Positions 63,067-64,000 of a DNA stretch of 64,000 nt are shown in pieces. Each line of letters starts with the position of its first letter. Position 1 is the first letter of the stretch. Source of the stretch: Malacoraja senta (Eukaryota). Below the pieces are notes generated by a model. That model was given only the letters and a program-made list of their open reading frames with translations, was not told the origin of the DNA and made no database searches. Made by a program: the position numbers and the translations under genes. The DNA lies in NCBI GenBank assembly GCA_038087875.1, contig JAXLNO010000235.1:310001-374000 (forward strand). Direction: 5' to 3'.

Positions 63067-64000
63067 CAGAGTGCAAAGGGACTGCTGGAGCAGTCCCGCC
63101 TGTCCAACTGCGATTTCTACTTGGGCTTGCTCAACCGACGAAACATCTCCCGGGACCCAGCCATGGGTTCCCCTGCCCAGCGTCTAATGTCGAGGATGAC
63201 AAGACCACCCATGCCAATCGCCCAACAGGCCCTGCTACCCAAAGTGCTCGAGCCTGCCCCTGTCCAACAGCAGATTGACCAGAAGCATGAAAGCCAACGG
63301 CGTTCCCGCGACACGTCCTGCCGCCCCCCTGTCGCCTCTACTGCCAGGCCAAGTCGTTCGGATGCAGACTACCACCGGCTACTCCTGCCTCGCGACCGTG
63401 GTCGGTATGGCTGACTCCCCCAGATCTTACCTGGTGGACTATGAAGGGACTGTCTATCGTCGGAGCCGTCAACACCTACTGGCCGTGAACAAGCCGAAGC
63501 CTGCACCTGCGGGTCCTTATGCTGCTCCGTTGCCGTTCCAGCCTGTCACTGCCGATCTCCCTGCTGTCCCCGCATGCCGCTTACCCCTCTGCTGCGGTCT
63601 CCTCCTCCTCTGCGTTCTCCTCCTCCTCGGCCGCCTGGTTTTGGCCGGGTTTCTTCACCTCCTCGGAGTTCACCCCCTCCTGCCTTTCCAGCTTCGACTG
63701 CGCTTGATCCTCCTTTCACTTTCTCGCCTGCCTCCGCTACGCCCACTCTTCTTTCCGATGGGGGGAGGGGGAGGTGTTGTACGCACGCGTTCGGGTCGCA
63801 TTGTCAAGCCGCCTGTTCGCTACGGCGACTTTGCTTAAACTCGCATGCTCTGTGCTGTTACATTGCCACGGTCTAATTCTGTTTTGATTGCCTCCATGTG
63901 CATTTGATTCTAAGGGGAAGGATGTAGATGGTCCATTCATGCAACCAATAATATAGCTACCTCAGTACCACTAACCACGCCTTAGTTATCAAGTATAATA
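63067..64000 (+). mobile_element. Second, related Gypsy copy: integrase C-terminus, PPT and 3' LTR start
   Basis: SAKGLLEQSRLSN..GSPAQRLMSR..TRSGRIVKPPVRYGDFA*; PPT aaggggaagga; LTR starts TGTAGATGG at 63923. Confidence 0.92.

Overview
Repeat-saturated vertebrate DNA with no intact host protein-coding gene that I can support. The repeat set (dense CR1 LINEs, tRNA-derived V-SINE/HE1-type SINEs, Rex1/Babar, Tx1, L1, RTE-X, Penelope, Gypsy, hAT MITE, fish-type ERVs) points by inference to a cartilaginous fish. About two thirds of the window is a direct segmental duplication (1024-23374 versus 28442-48884) separated by a 5 kb unique spacer. Each copy carries remnants of two different endogenous retroviruses: ERV-A (gag in both copies; LTR and PBS only in copy 1) and ERV-B (RNaseH-IN, env, long 3' region, LTR). 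The spacer holds three decayed paralogous segments with Ig/TCR V-gene-like architecture (leader exon, ~55 nt phase-1 intron, V-set-like exon) and a GC-rich VNTR-bearing non-autonomous retroelement. At the right end, a Gypsy element with near-identical LTRs contains a young Penelope (RT + GIY-YIG) insertion that is fused in frame with Gypsy Gag. The Penelope terminal repeat carries a minimal hammerhead-ribozyme motif, and an identical solo copy of that repeat inserted after the segmental duplication. All calls are by eye and coordinates of decayed repeats are approximate.
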